Made by a program: the position numbers and the translations under genes. A stretch of DNA of 43,065 nt, from positions 1 to 43,065 of the forward strand of contig JAUWYG010000002.1 of assembly GCA_030615945.1 (NCBI GenBank). Direction: 5' to 3'. Shown here one piece after another: positions 42,476 through 43,065 of the stretch. This stretch comes from Candidatus Bipolaricaulota bacterium (lineage in GTDB: Bacteria; Bipolaricaulota; Bipolaricaulia; UBA7950; UBA9294). The stretch's first letter is position 1. Every line of letters begins with the position of its first letter. The notes beneath the pieces were generated by a model. It was given only the letters and a program-made list of their open reading frames with translations, made no database searches and was not told the DNA's origin.

Positions 42476-43065
42476 TTAAGAAGTCAACCTCTCCACCAAC
42501 CCCTCGAGGCCGAGTCGCCGCGATCCCTTCACAAGGAGCAGATTCCTGTCCCCTTCTAGACTGCGCCTGATACAACCCGCCAATTCCTGGCGGTCAGAGT
42601 AGATAATCGTACTGCGCGGAACCTCCTCCAACACATCCTGCACTGCCTGGTTTGCAAGCTCTCCCACTGGGAAGATCGGGGAGACGCCAAGGCCAAGCGC
42701 GAGATCGATAATCTCGCGATGGAAACGTGCTGACTCCTCTCCTAGCTCGAGCATGTCGCCAAAGACGAACGATCGTCGACTCACCGGCAATTCAAGCTCA
42801 GCCAGGGTTCGCAGAGCCGCCTCCATTGAGTCGGGGTTGGCATTATAGGTGTCGTCGAGGAGATAGCCGAATGGGACACGCAAAAGCTGTAATCGGTGCG
42901 ATACTGGCTCAAACGTCGCAACCCGCCGCTCGATCGTTTGCGGAGGCACGCCGAGGTGTAGCGCGCAGCTAACCGCCCCGAGAAGATTGGTCGCGTTGTG
43001 GCGGCCGATAAGCGGGCAAATCAAGCCAAGCGGCGGCTCGGCGATCTTCACGTGCAAATTGGGAA
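42476..43065 (-). CDS. murF: UDP-N-acetylmuramoyl-tripeptide--D-alanyl-D-alanine ligase, C-terminal part (5' end outside the window)
   Basis: GRHNATNLLGAVSCALHLG...PVSHRLQL...LLDDTYNANPDSMEAAL...LLVKGSR. The frame stays open to the window edge. Confidence 0.85.
   Translation of the reverse strand, partial: PNLHVKIAEPPLGLICPLIGRHNATNLLGAVSCALHLGVPPQTIERRVATFEPVSHRLQLLRVPFGYLLDDTYNANPDSMEAALRTLAELELPVSRRSFVFGDMLELGEESARFHREIIDLALGLGVSPIFPVGELANQAVQDVLEEVPRSTIIYSDRQELAGCIRRSLEGDRNLLLVKGSRRLGLEGLVERLTS

Overview
Bacterial chromosomal window, about 60% GC in the core genes. Genes are tightly packed, with many 1-8 nt stop/start overlaps and frequent GTG starts. Three blocks are visible. (1) 1-4.9 kb is accessory-looking: a secreted DUF4384 protein, a 56-aa ribbon-helix-helix (RHH) protein, a RibD-like deaminase fused to a COG2865-type HATPase_c_4/wHTH module, and a pentapeptide-repeat K+ channel. 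(2) 4.9-21.7 kb is housekeeping: ybjQ-like, polA, ruvC, DUF177, folP, rplI, a phosphodiester glycosidase, murJ, a DUF59 protein, dxr, ftsH, plsY, a Dak2-DegV fusion and an AsnRS-like asparagine synthetase. (3) 21.7-35.8 kb is an accessory cell-surface locus bounded by two unusually long gene-free stretches. It holds a secreted protein with two cohesin-like/dockerin units. It also holds an approximately 11 kb, nine-gene operon: DUF2334 deacetylase-like, RHH, processive GT2 synthase (QxxRW), a large glycosidase-like protein, VTC (polyphosphate-polymerase-like), DUF4956 membrane protein, a secreted multi-domain CotH kinase, and wecB. The right end carries nfeD, a small zinc-ribbon membrane protein, a double-HKD PLD protein divergent from a LonC-like protease, a 5'-truncated kdgK-like remnant and partial murF. 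I found no rRNA, tRNA, CRISPR array or recognisable mobile element. The best candidate for an undescribed system is the exopolysaccharide-synthase module translationally coupled to VTC-DUF4956-CotH. Its CotH protein carries a FAM3/ILEI-like domain nested inside its lamin-tail domain. All family assignments come from motif recognition by eye and need profile searches.
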